Assembly (NCBI GenBank): GCA_016200265.1
Contig: JACQFE010000049.1
Location: 22,277-86,276 of the forward strand
Source: Planctomycetota bacterium
Lineage (GTDB): Bacteria > Planctomycetota > Phycisphaerae > UBA1845
Direction: 5' to 3'
Length of the DNA: 64,000 nucleotides
Positions 45,465-53,702 of this stretch are shown here, piece by piece. A program made the translations under genes and the position numbers. Numbering within the stretch: the stretch's first letter is position 1; each line of letters opens with the position of its first letter. The notes under the pieces are model-generated. The model saw only the letters and a program-made list of their open reading frames with translations, had not been told where the DNA came from and made no database searches.

Positions 45465-47096
45465 ATGCGTCGAACGATTCTATCCGTTGTGCAGTTAGTA
45501 CATTCGGAACACTTGCTCCAAAGAGGTTTGGTTTGTGCGCTTCTTTGTTTCGCAGTGACACCCACTGGCATCGCAATTGCCGATCCGCCGCAAGGCTCGA
45601 TAATCGCGTGGGGGGACAACCTCTGGGGTCAAACCAATGTGCCCGCGCCCAACGCCGGTTTCATTGCTGCGGCCGCAGGCAGGTGTCATAGCCTCGGCTT
45701 AAAGGCCGACGACTCGGTCGTGGCCTGGGGGGAAAACTTCTCTGGTGAAACCATTGTTCCCGCGCCCAATAGCGGTTTCATTGCCGTGGCCGCGGGCTAC
45801 GTTCATAGCCTCAGTTTAAAGTCCGACGGCTCGGTCGTCGCGTGGGGGGACAACTACCACGGTCAAATCAACGTGCCCGCGCCCAATAGCGATTTCATTG
45901 CCGTGGCCGCAGGCGGGTTTCATAGCCTCGGCTTAAGGGCCGACGGCTCGATCGTGGCGTGGGGGGAGAACGACTACGGTCAAGCCAACGTGCCCGCGCC
46001 CAATAGCGGTTTCATTGCCGTTGCCGCAGGCTTGTACCACAGTCTGGGTCTGAAGGCCGATGGCTCCATTGTGGCATGGGGTGCCGGACAGGCGAACACG
46101 ACGGGATACCCGAACTACAGCCAGTCAATTGTCCCCACCCCCAACACCGGTTTCATTGCCGTGGCAGGGGGCGATTCTCATAGCATCGGTTTAAAGTCCG
46201 ACGGCTCGATCGTGGCGTGGGGATGTGGGGAGGAAAAAAATTTCGGGCAATGCAACGTTCCCGCGCCCAACTCGGGTTTCATCGCCGTAGCCGCGGGCGG
46301 GGGGCACAGCCTTGGTCTTAAGGCCGACGGTTCAATCGTGGCCTGGGGATGCGGATATCCATTTGACAATGGGCAGTGCGACGTGCCATTTCCGAACACA
46401 GGCTTCGTGGGCGTCGGCGCGGGCGAGCGATACAGTCTGGGTATCAGAGCAACTGGTGCTTGCTGCGACACCAACGGCGCTGACCGAGGCTGTACCGACA
46501 ACGTGACACAGGCCAATTGCACCGGCCTCGACAAGGTCTGGACCGAAAACGGCAACTGCGCTTCGACGCCCTGCGCCTGCATCCCAAATTGCCAAGGCGC
46601 GACCTGCGGCGATGACGGCTGCGGCGGAAGCTGCGGCACGTGCGATGACGGCAACGCTTGCAACGGCGTCGAGACTTGCGGTCAGAACCGCACCTGCCTC
46701 GCTGGCACCTCGCTCAATTGCGACGACAGCAATACGTGCAACGGCGTGGAAACCTGCGACCCGGAACATGGATGCCGTCCCGGAATCGCTTTGCACTGCG
46801 ATGATGCAAACTTGTGCAACGGCATCGAATCGTGTGATCCGCAAAGCGGCTGCCGGCCAGGAATACCTTTGAACTGCGACGACGGTCTGTTCTGCAATGG
46901 CCTCGAGTCTTGTGATCCGCAAGTCGGATGCGTTGCAGGCGTTCCGCCGTGCGACATGAATCATGAACACTGCGACGAATCCGAGCAACGTTGTGTTCCG
47001 AATGCAATTCCTACGGTTAGTCAATGGGGGCTGATAGTCGTCGCAGTTCTTCTGCTAACCGGCGCGAAGATTGCTTTCCGTCGGGCCAAGGCATGA
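45465..47096 (+). CDS. secreted RCC1-type beta-propeller repeat protein with Cys-rich repeats and an IPTL-CTERM-type sorting signal
   Basis: Signal-like N-terminus. Seven repeats of the type (I/V)[31 protein letters not shown]. Four modules CDDxNxCNG(V/I)E(T/S)CDPxxGCxxG. C-terminus: [29 protein letters not shown]. Confidence 0.8.
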   Translation: MRRTILSVVQLVHSEHLLQRGLVCALLCFAVTPTGIAIADPPQGSIIAWGDNLWGQTNVPAPNAGFIAAAAGRCHSLGLKADDSVVAWGENFSGETIVPAPNSGFIAVAAGYVHSLSLKSDGSVVAWGDNYHGQINVPAPNSDFIAVAAGGFHSLGLRADGSIVAWGENDYGQANVPAPNSGFIAVAAGLYHSLGLKADGSIVAWGAGQANTTGYPNYSQSIVPTPNTGFIAVAGGDSHSIGLKSDGSIVAWGCGEEKNFGQCNVPAPNSGFIAVAAGGGHSLGLKADGSIVAWGCGYPFDNGQCDVPFPNTGFVGVGAGERYSLGIRATGACCDTNGADRGCTDNVTQANCTGLDKVWTENGNCASTPCACIPNCQGATCGDDGCGGSCGTCDDGNACNGVETCGQNRTCLAGTSLNCDDSNTCNGVETCDPEHGCRPGIALHCDDANLCNGIESCDPQSGCRPGIPLNCDDGLFCNGLESCDPQVGCVAGVPPCDMNHEHCDESEQRCVPNAIPTVSQWGLIVVAVLLLTGAKIAFRRAKA

Positions 47097-47115
47097 AACA
47101 ACAAGCTCGGCCAAC

Positions 47116-47280
47116 TTCGATCAGCAAGCCTTGTTCGTGAACAAGCACGGTCAGCGGCTGAGCACGCGAAGCGTCCGCCGCAAGCTGGACAAGTATCTGA
47201 CCGAGGCCGGCCTCGATCCTTCGATCAGCCCGCACACGCTGCGTCACAGCTTCGCGACGCACATGCTCAACAGCTCGTAA
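47116..47280 (+). pseudogene. orphan duplicate of the xerC 3' coding segment (no 5' part, no catalytic Tyr region)
   Basis: 47116-47274 aligns to 44880-45038. The last 141 nt are identical and there are 3 synonymous differences in the first 18 nt. It encodes [15 protein letters not shown]...[14 protein letters not shown], followed by S-stop. Confidence 0.8.
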
Positions 47281-47283
47281 TCC

Positions 47284-47316
47284 CCTCTCCCCTCGGGAGA
47301 GGTCAGGGTGAGGGTG
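47284..47316 (+). repeat. hairpin element cctctccc-ctc-gggagagg + tcagggtgagggtg (family copy 2)
   Basis: cctctccc (47284-47291) pairs with gggagagg (47295-47302). It sits in the same position relative to the xerC fragment stop as copy 1. Confidence 0.8.
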
Positions 47317-47668
47317 CGAGGCGAAGTTCGAAAAATCGACAAATCGAATCGTGGAGCGCAAGGATTCTCCTTTCGCCTCGCCGTCCATTCTTCCTTTGCA
47401 TTTCATTGGAACCGAAGACTAGCAACTCACCACGTACGTGTTCTGGCGCGAAGTGGCCAAGCTGGGTGTGTTCCTGGATCGCCGCAGCGACGGCGAAACT
47501 GGATGGCAGACACTGTGGCGCGGCTGGCAAAAGCTTGATCTCATGACCATCGGCGCCATCTTGATCACAGGGGCCGTCGCGAAACGTGGGTAATGGCAAG
47601 GCGTAAACGCCTGGCCTAAGCCGCCTGCGGCGGGGAAGGTCGCTGAAGCGACCTGTGGGCGGTGTTAC

Positions 47669-47920
47669 TCACCTTGCTTGGGCAAACAAACGATCAAGGC
47701 GTTTGCAGAAGGACGAAAACTGGATTCCCAACGCCCGGCAATAGCGCCAAAGCTGGGCCACATCCATCCGGGTCTCGCCCGTCTCGAAGCGGGACACATA
47801 TTGCTGCGGAACGCCAAGTCGTTTGGCCAACTGCACTTGCATCACGCCCTTCTTGATACGAACGCTTCGTAATTCCGCCAGAAATCGTTCGTATTCGGGT
47901 GTAAAGCGAGATTTCCGCAC
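47669..47920 (-). CDS. XRE-family helix-turn-helix transcriptional regulator
   Basis: 83 aa. LAELRSVRIKKGVMQVQLAKRLGVPQQYVSRFETGETRMDVAQLWRYCRALG is a canonical HTH_3 pattern. Confidence 0.8.
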   Translation of the reverse strand: MRKSRFTPEYERFLAELRSVRIKKGVMQVQLAKRLGVPQQYVSRFETGETRMDVAQLWRYCRALGIQFSSFCKRLDRLFAQAR

Positions 47921-47938
47921 GCCCGCAAGCTAGCACGC

Positions 47939-47967
47939 TTGAACGGTACACAAATTCTGTGTATTCT
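47939..47967 (+). promoter_or_regulatory. promoter candidate for the lectin gene with an embedded palindrome (possible XRE operator)
   Basis: ttgaac (47939-47944), a 17-nt spacer, then tattct (47962-47967). The palindrome acaca-aattc-tgtgt (47948-47962) fills the spacer. The region lies between the divergent XRE and lectin genes. Confidence 0.3.
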
Positions 47968-48048
47968 CTTGCCTTGCGCCTCGGCAGTGGAATCCGTGCG
48001 GAGGCCTGTCGAGACAATCATTTCATCAAATGGTGGAGGGAGGATCAC

Positions 48049-48630
48049 ATGTTGGGGCGATCAGGTGCTGTACTCGCGGTCGGGTTATCGCTAATTGCCG
48101 TCACGCCCGCAAGTGCGGTTTGGCAACAATACAATGGGCATTGGTATGATCTTACGCCAGCAGGACTGACTTGGACGCAAGCTGAACAGGCTGCCGTCGC
48201 GATGGGTGGTCACCTCGTGACGATCAACGATGCGGCTGAGAACGCCTGGCTTCTCAGTAAGTACGATATCCCCAGCGATATCATCTGGATTGGGTTGCAT
48301 CAGCCGCCAGGAAGTCCCGAGCCGGGCGGCGGTTGGGTTTGGACGGACGGACAAACTCCACAGTCGATCGGCTATGTGAACTGGGCGCCGCCTCAGCCGG
48401 ATAACAACCTCGGAATCGAGGACTCCGCCCAGATGTATGCGACGCAGCCAGCCGTGGAAGGCGGCACATGGAATGATCTCCCTGGCACTTTCACTGGGAT
48501 GGGTCTTGTCGAACGCGAGTTCGACCCTGCTGTTCCAGCGGTCTCCCATTTGGGCCTTCTTGTTTTGACCATGTTGGGCTTGTGCGTCGGCGCGTGGACA
48601 TTTTCGCGTCGATCGTGGAACGCCGCATAG
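48049..48630 (+). CDS. secreted C-type lectin domain protein with IPTL/PEP-CTERM-like C-terminal anchor
   Basis: The start MLGRSGAVLAVGLSLIAVTPASA follows ggaggg. CTLD pattern: WTQAEQAAVAMGGHLVTINDAAENAWL...IWIGL...WVWTDG...YVNWAPPQPDN...EDSAQMY...GTWNDL. C-terminus: VPAVSHLGLLVLTMLGLCVGAWTFSRRS. Confidence 0.8.
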   Translation: MLGRSGAVLAVGLSLIAVTPASAVWQQYNGHWYDLTPAGLTWTQAEQAAVAMGGHLVTINDAAENAWLLSKYDIPSDIIWIGLHQPPGSPEPGGGWVWTDGQTPQSIGYVNWAPPQPDNNLGIEDSAQMYATQPAVEGGTWNDLPGTFTGMGLVEREFDPAVPAVSHLGLLVLTMLGLCVGAWTFSRRSWNAA

Positions 48631-48639
48631 AAGGTCAGT

Positions 48640-48657
48640 GGTGCATCAAGATGCACC
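48640..48657. terminator. hairpin between convergent genes (possible bidirectional terminator, no U-tract)
   Basis: ggtgcatc-aa-gatgcacc. It lies between the lectin stop (48630) and the epimerase stop (48658). Confidence 0.25.
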
Positions 48658-49584
48658 CTACAGTTTCCGAAACGATTTCGTCCATTCCACTGCTTTGACC
48701 AAGCCTTCGGAGAGCGGTGTGCGGGGTTCGTAGGAGAGGAGCGTGCGGGCTTTGGTGATGTCGGCCACGTAGCGGGTCACTTCGCCGACGCGAGAAGGCT
48801 CGTAGCGCACCTGCGGCTTTTTGCCCAGCGCGAGAGCGATGATGTTCACCACGTCCACGAGCGAATTGCCCTGGCCGCAGGCGAGGTTGATCGTCTCGCG
48901 CATCACGCGACCGGACACCAGAGCATCCGCACCCAGAAGCACGCCCGCGACGGCGTCATCGACATAGGTGAAATCGAGCACCTTCTCGCGACCGAACACC
49001 ACGATCGGCTGATCGCGAGCGATGCGGTCGATGAACAGCGGGATCACCCGCTCCATCCGCTCGATGTCGCAGTCGTACCGGCCATAGACGTTGCTGAACC
49101 GGAACACGAGGAACGGAAGCTCGTAGCATTGGGCGAAGGAGTAGATGAGGGCTTCGCCGGCGATCTTGCTGGCGCTGTAGGGGCTTTCGGCGACGACGAA
49201 GTCGGCTGAGGTCTCGTGGGTGATGTGGCGATGGATATCGCCGTACACTTCGCGCGAGCTGGCGAAGATGATGGGGAGCCGGTGGATGCGGCAATAGTTG
49301 AGCACGGTGAACAGGCTACTAATGTTGTCCATGGCCCGCTGGGGATCCGTGACGAGGTCGAAGACTTTGGCGTTGGCGGCGAAATGCACGACGAGGTTCA
49401 GGCCGTCGGGCTTGGGCAGCCTATCGACGCCGCAAGTCACGAGATCTGCCTGCACCGTCTCGATCTTGTCTGTCCATGAATTGCGGCGGCAATCGACGCC
49501 AATGACACGATCGCCGCGAGCCATCATGGCCAATGCCAAATTCGTGCCGATTTGTCCGCTGGAACCGGTGATGAGGACGTTCAT
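48658..49584 (-). CDS. NAD-dependent epimerase/dehydratase (extended SDR)
   Basis: ORF 48658..49635; the likely start is MNVLITGSSGQIGTNLA (49584). Has a YSASK catalytic motif. Confidence 0.85.
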   Translation of the reverse strand: MNVLITGSSGQIGTNLALAMMARGDRVIGVDCRRNSWTDKIETVQADLVTCGVDRLPKPDGLNLVVHFAANAKVFDLVTDPQRAMDNISSLFTVLNYCRIHRLPIIFASSREVYGDIHRHITHETSADFVVAESPYSASKIAGEALIYSFAQCYELPFLVFRFSNVYGRYDCDIERMERVIPLFIDRIARDQPIVVFGREKVLDFTYVDDAVAGVLLGADALVSGRVMRETINLACGQGNSLVDVVNIIALALGKKPQVRYEPSRVGEVTRYVADITKARTLLSYEPRTPLSEGLVKAVEWTKSFRKL

Positions 49585-49635
49585 GTCAGTCGTGAAATCG
49601 AAAGAGCCATGCACATCAAGAGGCTTAGGCGACAT

Positions 49636-49733
49636 CCCTCTCCCTTCAAGGGCGGGGGCGGGGGTGAGGGTTGAGACATAACTAGACTTGTGCGCTGCCC
49701 CTCACCCTTCCCTCTCACCACGGTGGAGAGGGA
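49636..49733. repeat. two further copies of the ccctctcc/gggtgaggg element in inverted orientation
   Basis: ccctctcccttcaagggcgggggcgggggtgagggttgag lies at 49636-49675. cccctcacccttccctctcaccacggtggagaggg lies at 49697-49733 and is in the reverse orientation. Confidence 0.65.
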
Positions 49734-49802
49734 TTCTGGGCGCGCACGTTACGCAAATATGGACGAAGGTCGGTATTGCTTCCCATTACCAAAATATCGG
49801 GT

Positions 49803-50177
49803 TCATTCTGATTGCGTCTTGTCGTAGCCCGCTGCGGGATACTTGGCCAGGCGGTGCACGTCCTCGGCGCTCAGTGAATCGCTCAAATCGTACACCATGG
49901 CCGTGTCGCCGAATTCGATCCGGTCGCCGTCGCCGAGGAGCGTCGGCGACTGGATCTTATTTCCGTTCACCATAACGCCATTCTTGCTTTCGAAGTCGAT
50001 TGCGTAATGGGACTTGCCGTCGTCGGTAAGCTTCAGCTGAAGGTGGAACCGCGAAAGTTGAGGATCGACGATTTGAATCGTACAGGTCGCATGTCGCCCG
50101 ACCATGATCAAACGGTCCGCGGCAAGCAAGAACCTCTTCCCAAGTGCGGGTCCGGCGGTCACCACAAGTGTTGCCAA
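49803..50177 (-). CDS. stand-alone FHA domain protein
   Basis: Has LIMVGRHATCTIQIVDPQLSRFHLQL...FESKNGVMVNGNKI. Confidence 0.8.
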   Translation of the reverse strand: MATLVVTAGPALGKRFLLAADRLIMVGRHATCTIQIVDPQLSRFHLQLKLTDDGKSHYAIDFESKNGVMVNGNKIQSPTLLGDGDRIEFGDTAMVYDLSDSLSAEDVHRLAKYPAAGYDKTQSE

Positions 50178-50380
50178 CGCTTCATCTCCTATGTGTTGCC
50201 AAGGACTGTGACGGCCTCCAGTCTACCAAATACGATCGGTCGATTCCAGTGGACGTGAATGAAAAAGAACGCACGCTTTCCTTTCGCATGCAACCTGAAC
50301 GAGCCCCGCTCATTCGGCGTATCGAAAGAAAGTGGGTACGATCAACCGCTTGTCAGCGGTCGGAACGTGCCTGGAACACA

Positions 50381-51085
50381 ATGAAACGGCTTTCCATCGT
50401 CATTCCCGTCTACAATGAACGAGCCACGCTCGAGGAACTGCTGTCGCGCGTCATTGCCGTCGATACCGGCCTGGAACGGGAAATCGTGCTCGTCGACGAC
50501 GGCAGCACCGATGGCACTTGCGACATTTACCCAAAGCTCTCTACGCGGTGGCCCGGCGAGAAGTTCGTGATTCGGCTTCAGGCGCTGAATCAGGGGAAGG
50601 GTGCGGCCGTCCGCGAAGGATTCGCCCACGCCACCGGCGACATCATTTTGATCCAGGATGCCGATTTGGAATACGATCCGCGCGACTATCCACGGTTGTT
50701 GCGGCCGATTCTCGAAGAACGGGCCGATGTGGTTTACGGATCGCGGTTCGTCGGCTCGGAGTATCACCGAGTGCACCTGTTCTGGCACATGGTGGGCAAT
50801 CGAATGCTGACGCTGCTCTCCAACATGCTGACTAACGTGAACCTGACCGACATGGAGACGTGTTACAAGGCGTTTCGGCGGGAGGTCGTCCGCTCGCTTG
50901 AGCTGCGGAGCAACTCCTTCACGATCGAACCGGAGATCACGGCCAAGGTCGCCAAGGGCCGCTGGCGAATTTACGAGGTAGGAATCAGCTATGCGGGCCG
51001 CGATTACACGGAAGGAAAAAAAATCGGGCCGATCGACGGCCTGAAAGCGCTTTGGGCGATATTTCGGTTTCGGTTTCTCGATTGA
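50381..51085 (+). CDS. family 2 glycosyltransferase (polyprenol-phosphate sugar transferase-like)
   Basis: Internal start MKRLSIVIPVYNERATLEELL within ORF 50144..51085. Has DDGSTDGT and the DADLEYDP DxD motif. Confidence 0.85.
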   Translation: MKRLSIVIPVYNERATLEELLSRVIAVDTGLEREIVLVDDGSTDGTCDIYPKLSTRWPGEKFVIRLQALNQGKGAAVREGFAHATGDIILIQDADLEYDPRDYPRLLRPILEERADVVYGSRFVGSEYHRVHLFWHMVGNRMLTLLSNMLTNVNLTDMETCYKAFRREVVRSLELRSNSFTIEPEITAKVAKGRWRIYEVGISYAGRDYTEGKKIGPIDGLKALWAIFRFRFLD

Positions 51086-51120
51086 TCGGAAGTACTGTTG
51101 AAACCACCAAGGAATAATCC

Positions 51121-51255
51121 GTAGGGCGGGCTTCGCCCACCATGAAGTGCGTCACTGCAAGGCGCTACAGGACGGCGGATGGAACCCGCCCTACCAAACG
51201 GAATGTGGCACCGGCTCTCAACCAGCGAAACCACGAGTTGCAAACCCGTGCCACA
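51121..51255. repeat. composite intergenic repeat: gtagggcggg...cccgccctac inverted repeat plus copy 2 of the gtggcaccgg...gtgccaca element
   Basis: gtagggcgggcttcgcccacc lies at 51121-51141. Its complement cccgccctac lies at 51185-51194. The 54-nt element is at 51202-51255. A related gtagggcgggctctgcccgcc lies at 25813-25833. Confidence 0.7.
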
Positions 51256-51272
51256 AGTTTCACCACAGGCTG

Positions 51273-53702
51273 CTATCCAATCGCAACGGGTCGGCCGCGG
51301 TTGTCTTCACAGGCGAATTCCATCTGGTCGCTGGTGAATTTCTGGTCGCCACGAATGACGATGTCCTTGCCGGTCTCGGATTCGATGCGATTGAGCACGT
51401 CGCGTTTTTGGTTTAAGAGCTGGAAGGCCACATCGGCACTCAGCGTCATTGCAACCTTCTGCACCTGCGGATTGTGGACGCAGAGCTGGATCGTGCGCAT
51501 CGCATCGAGCATGACGGATTCCGGCATTTTGACCAAGCCTGAGCCGCGGCAATGCGGGCAATCGTAATAGATATTCCGCTTGATGGATGGTCCCTGTCGC
51601 TGGCGGGTCATTTCGATCAGGCCAAAGGCGCTCATGCGAAGAATGCGGGCACGCTCCTTATGCTTTTTGAGCGCCTCGCGCAATGCCTGCTCGACCTTGC
51701 GTTTGTTGCGATCGAGCCGCATATCGATGAAGTCGCAGACGATCAAGCCACCGAGGTCGCGGAGTCGAAGCTGACGAGCAATTTCTTCGGCCGCTTCGAC
51801 ATTGATGCGAACGGCGGTTTCTTCGGCATCGTCAATAGTGCGAAAACGTCCGCTGTTTACGTCGATGGCGACGAGCGCTTCGGTGGAGTCGATGACCAGC
51901 GAGCCGCCGGATTTCAGCGGCACGTGGCGCATGTTGATCTTTTCGATTTCGGCCTCAATACCCGTGTGGTGGAACAGGGGTTCGCGCTCGGTGTAGACAT
52001 CGACCTGCGTTCGGGTGCGAGGCATGGCGATCTGCAGAAAGTCATTCACCCGGCTGGCCGTCGCGGGATCGTCGATGACGATTCGTTTGAAATCGGCATT
52101 GTATACATCACGGATCGTGCGGATCACGAGGTCGGATTCGCGATACAGTTCGGCGGGCGCGGGCTCGCGTTTAATGCGATCGACGACGGTCCTCCAAAGG
52201 CGCATCAGGTATTGGAAATCTCGTTGCAAGTCTCGCTTGGTGCGGTCCATGCCCGCGGTGCGCAAAATGAATCCCATATTTTGCGGAAGATCGAGTTCGT
52301 TGAGGATGTCGCGCATCTTCCGGCGCGATTCCTCATCTTCAATTTTTCGCGAGACGCCGTGGCGGCTCATGCCCGGCATCATGACGAGAAAACGGCCCGG
52401 AATGGAAACATATGAGGTAAGCGTTGGTCCTTTTGTGCCCACGCCTTCCTTAATGATTTGAACGATGACTTCCTCGCCGCGGCGGAAGCACTTCTGAATC
52501 GGCGGGCGATGATGACGCGGAATTTTTCGACCCACGTCTTCGGCCGCACCCGAGTGGTTCGGAAAGTACTGCGGCTGCACATCGGAGATGTGCAGGAAGC
52601 CGTTTTTTTGCAACCCAAAATCAACGAAAGCAGCCTGAATGCTGGGCTCGACATTCGTGACGCGACCCTTGTAAATGTTTCCGACGTGCGATTGCGCGGA
52701 CTCCCGTTCAATGAAAAGCTCTTCCAGGCGGCCCTCGTGCAGAACCGCGATTCGCACCTCGGAGCCTTCCGAGACGTTGATCACCATCTCGCGTACACCG
52801 GGAGTCGCCGATTCATCATCGACATCAACCTCGATCGTGGTGGATGCTGCATCCACATCCGCAAACTCGCGGTTTTCCGCGGGACGCGGTTCATCGAATT
52901 CCACGAGCTGAGGCGCGCCACGATCATCGATTGGCTCGCTGACCGATTCTTCGATCGGGAAGGCCGGAGCCAAAGGCTTATTGACAACTTCCACCTCAGT
53001 GTCGGGTCCTTCGAAAATCTCCGGTTCCTCGTCCCTCGGCAACGAACCGGGCATGCGATTCAACGGTTCGACGAATTCGACTTCAAATTGCGGCGCCGTC
53101 GCAGATTTGGCCGCCATGGCCATTTGTTCGGCACGCACTTCGGCAGCAGCGGCGCGAGCAATGTCGGCCAGGCTCATGGCCTTGGACATCGCATGCGGGC
53201 GGGGAGCGGCGGCTGGACGTCGTCCACGTCGCCCTCGATGGGTTTGACGCTTTGTTGATTTGTCGGATTCAGATTGACGATTTGCGGTCAGCGGACGCGC
53301 CGGCAACTGTGATGTGGGGCGTGGATTGAGCTGAGCCGCAGGCTGAAGCCGCGGGCGTTCCACGCTCTGCGTTTCGGGCACTGGCGCGCCTGAATTCGGC
53401 AATGGGGCGATGTCGGATGCGACGCGCGGCGCCGAGCGCCTCCCGCGGCGTCTTCTGCCTGATCCTGCGGCAATCCGAGGACCTCTTTCGCCTGGTGTTC
53501 CGGTCGATGAGGGTGGTTTCACAACTTCGGCAGAGGCAGTCGCAGCGTCACCCATCGGAGGGCTCTCGACTTGCGGCGACCCGCTTGCTCCCGGCTTTCT
53601 CCGCCCGCGCGATCCGCGGCGCCGTGAACCGCCTGATGTGGGACGCCCACCGGATGAACTGCCCGTGCTCTCCGCGCGGGCGGCATGATTATCTATTGCC
53701 AT
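51273..53702 (-). CDS. ribonuclease E/G family endoribonuclease with ~300-aa Arg/Pro-rich N-terminal extension
   Basis: The S1 domain (GNIYKGRVTNVEPSIQAAFVDFG) begins near aa 340. The DNase-I-like and Zn-link regions are present (CPHCRGSG). Confidence 0.9.
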   Translation of the reverse strand: MAIDNHAARAESTGSSSGGRPTSGGSRRRGSRGRRKPGASGSPQVESPPMGDAATASAEVVKPPSSTGTPGERGPRIAAGSGRRRRGRRSAPRVASDIAPLPNSGAPVPETQSVERPRLQPAAQLNPRPTSQLPARPLTANRQSESDKSTKRQTHRGRRGRRPAAAPRPHAMSKAMSLADIARAAAAEVRAEQMAMAAKSATAPQFEVEFVEPLNRMPGSLPRDEEPEIFEGPDTEVEVVNKPLAPAFPIEESVSEPIDDRGAPQLVEFDEPRPAENREFADVDAASTTIEVDVDDESATPGVREMVINVSEGSEVRIAVLHEGRLEELFIERESAQSHVGNIYKGRVTNVEPSIQAAFVDFGLQKNGFLHISDVQPQYFPNHSGAAEDVGRKIPRHHRPPIQKCFRRGEEVIVQIIKEGVGTKGPTLTSYVSIPGRFLVMMPGMSRHGVSRKIEDEESRRKMRDILNELDLPQNMGFILRTAGMDRTKRDLQRDFQYLMRLWRTVVDRIKREPAPAELYRESDLVIRTIRDVYNADFKRIVIDDPATASRVNDFLQIAMPRTRTQVDVYTEREPLFHHTGIEAEIEKINMRHVPLKSGGSLVIDSTEALVAIDVNSGRFRTIDDAEETAVRINVEAAEEIARQLRLRDLGGLIVCDFIDMRLDRNKRKVEQALREALKKHKERARILRMSAFGLIEMTRQRQGPSIKRNIYYDCPHCRGSGLVKMPESVMLDAMRTIQLCVHNPQVQKVAMTLSADVAFQLLNQKRDVLNRIESETGKDIVIRGDQKFTSDQMEFACEDNRGRPVAIG

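Noticed and set aside
44067-47316. An integron (intI-attI-cassette-attC) or an IMEX/dif-type interpretation of the xerC locus.
   Set aside because: The hairpin elements do not show the R''-L''/L'-R' architecture with GTTRRRY cores (gttaggg and gtcaggg do not fit). The recombinase is XerC/D-like, co-oriented with the cassette and apparently inactive. No dif-like 28-mer was recognised. I kept it as an unexplained repeat-bracketed cassette instead.
47959-48630. The C-type lectin fold raised the possibility of a diversity-generating retroelement target protein.
   Set aside because: I found no reverse transcriptase gene, and no template-repeat copy of the lectin 3' region in the window. The domain is the classical CTLD rather than the DGR-type variable CLec.
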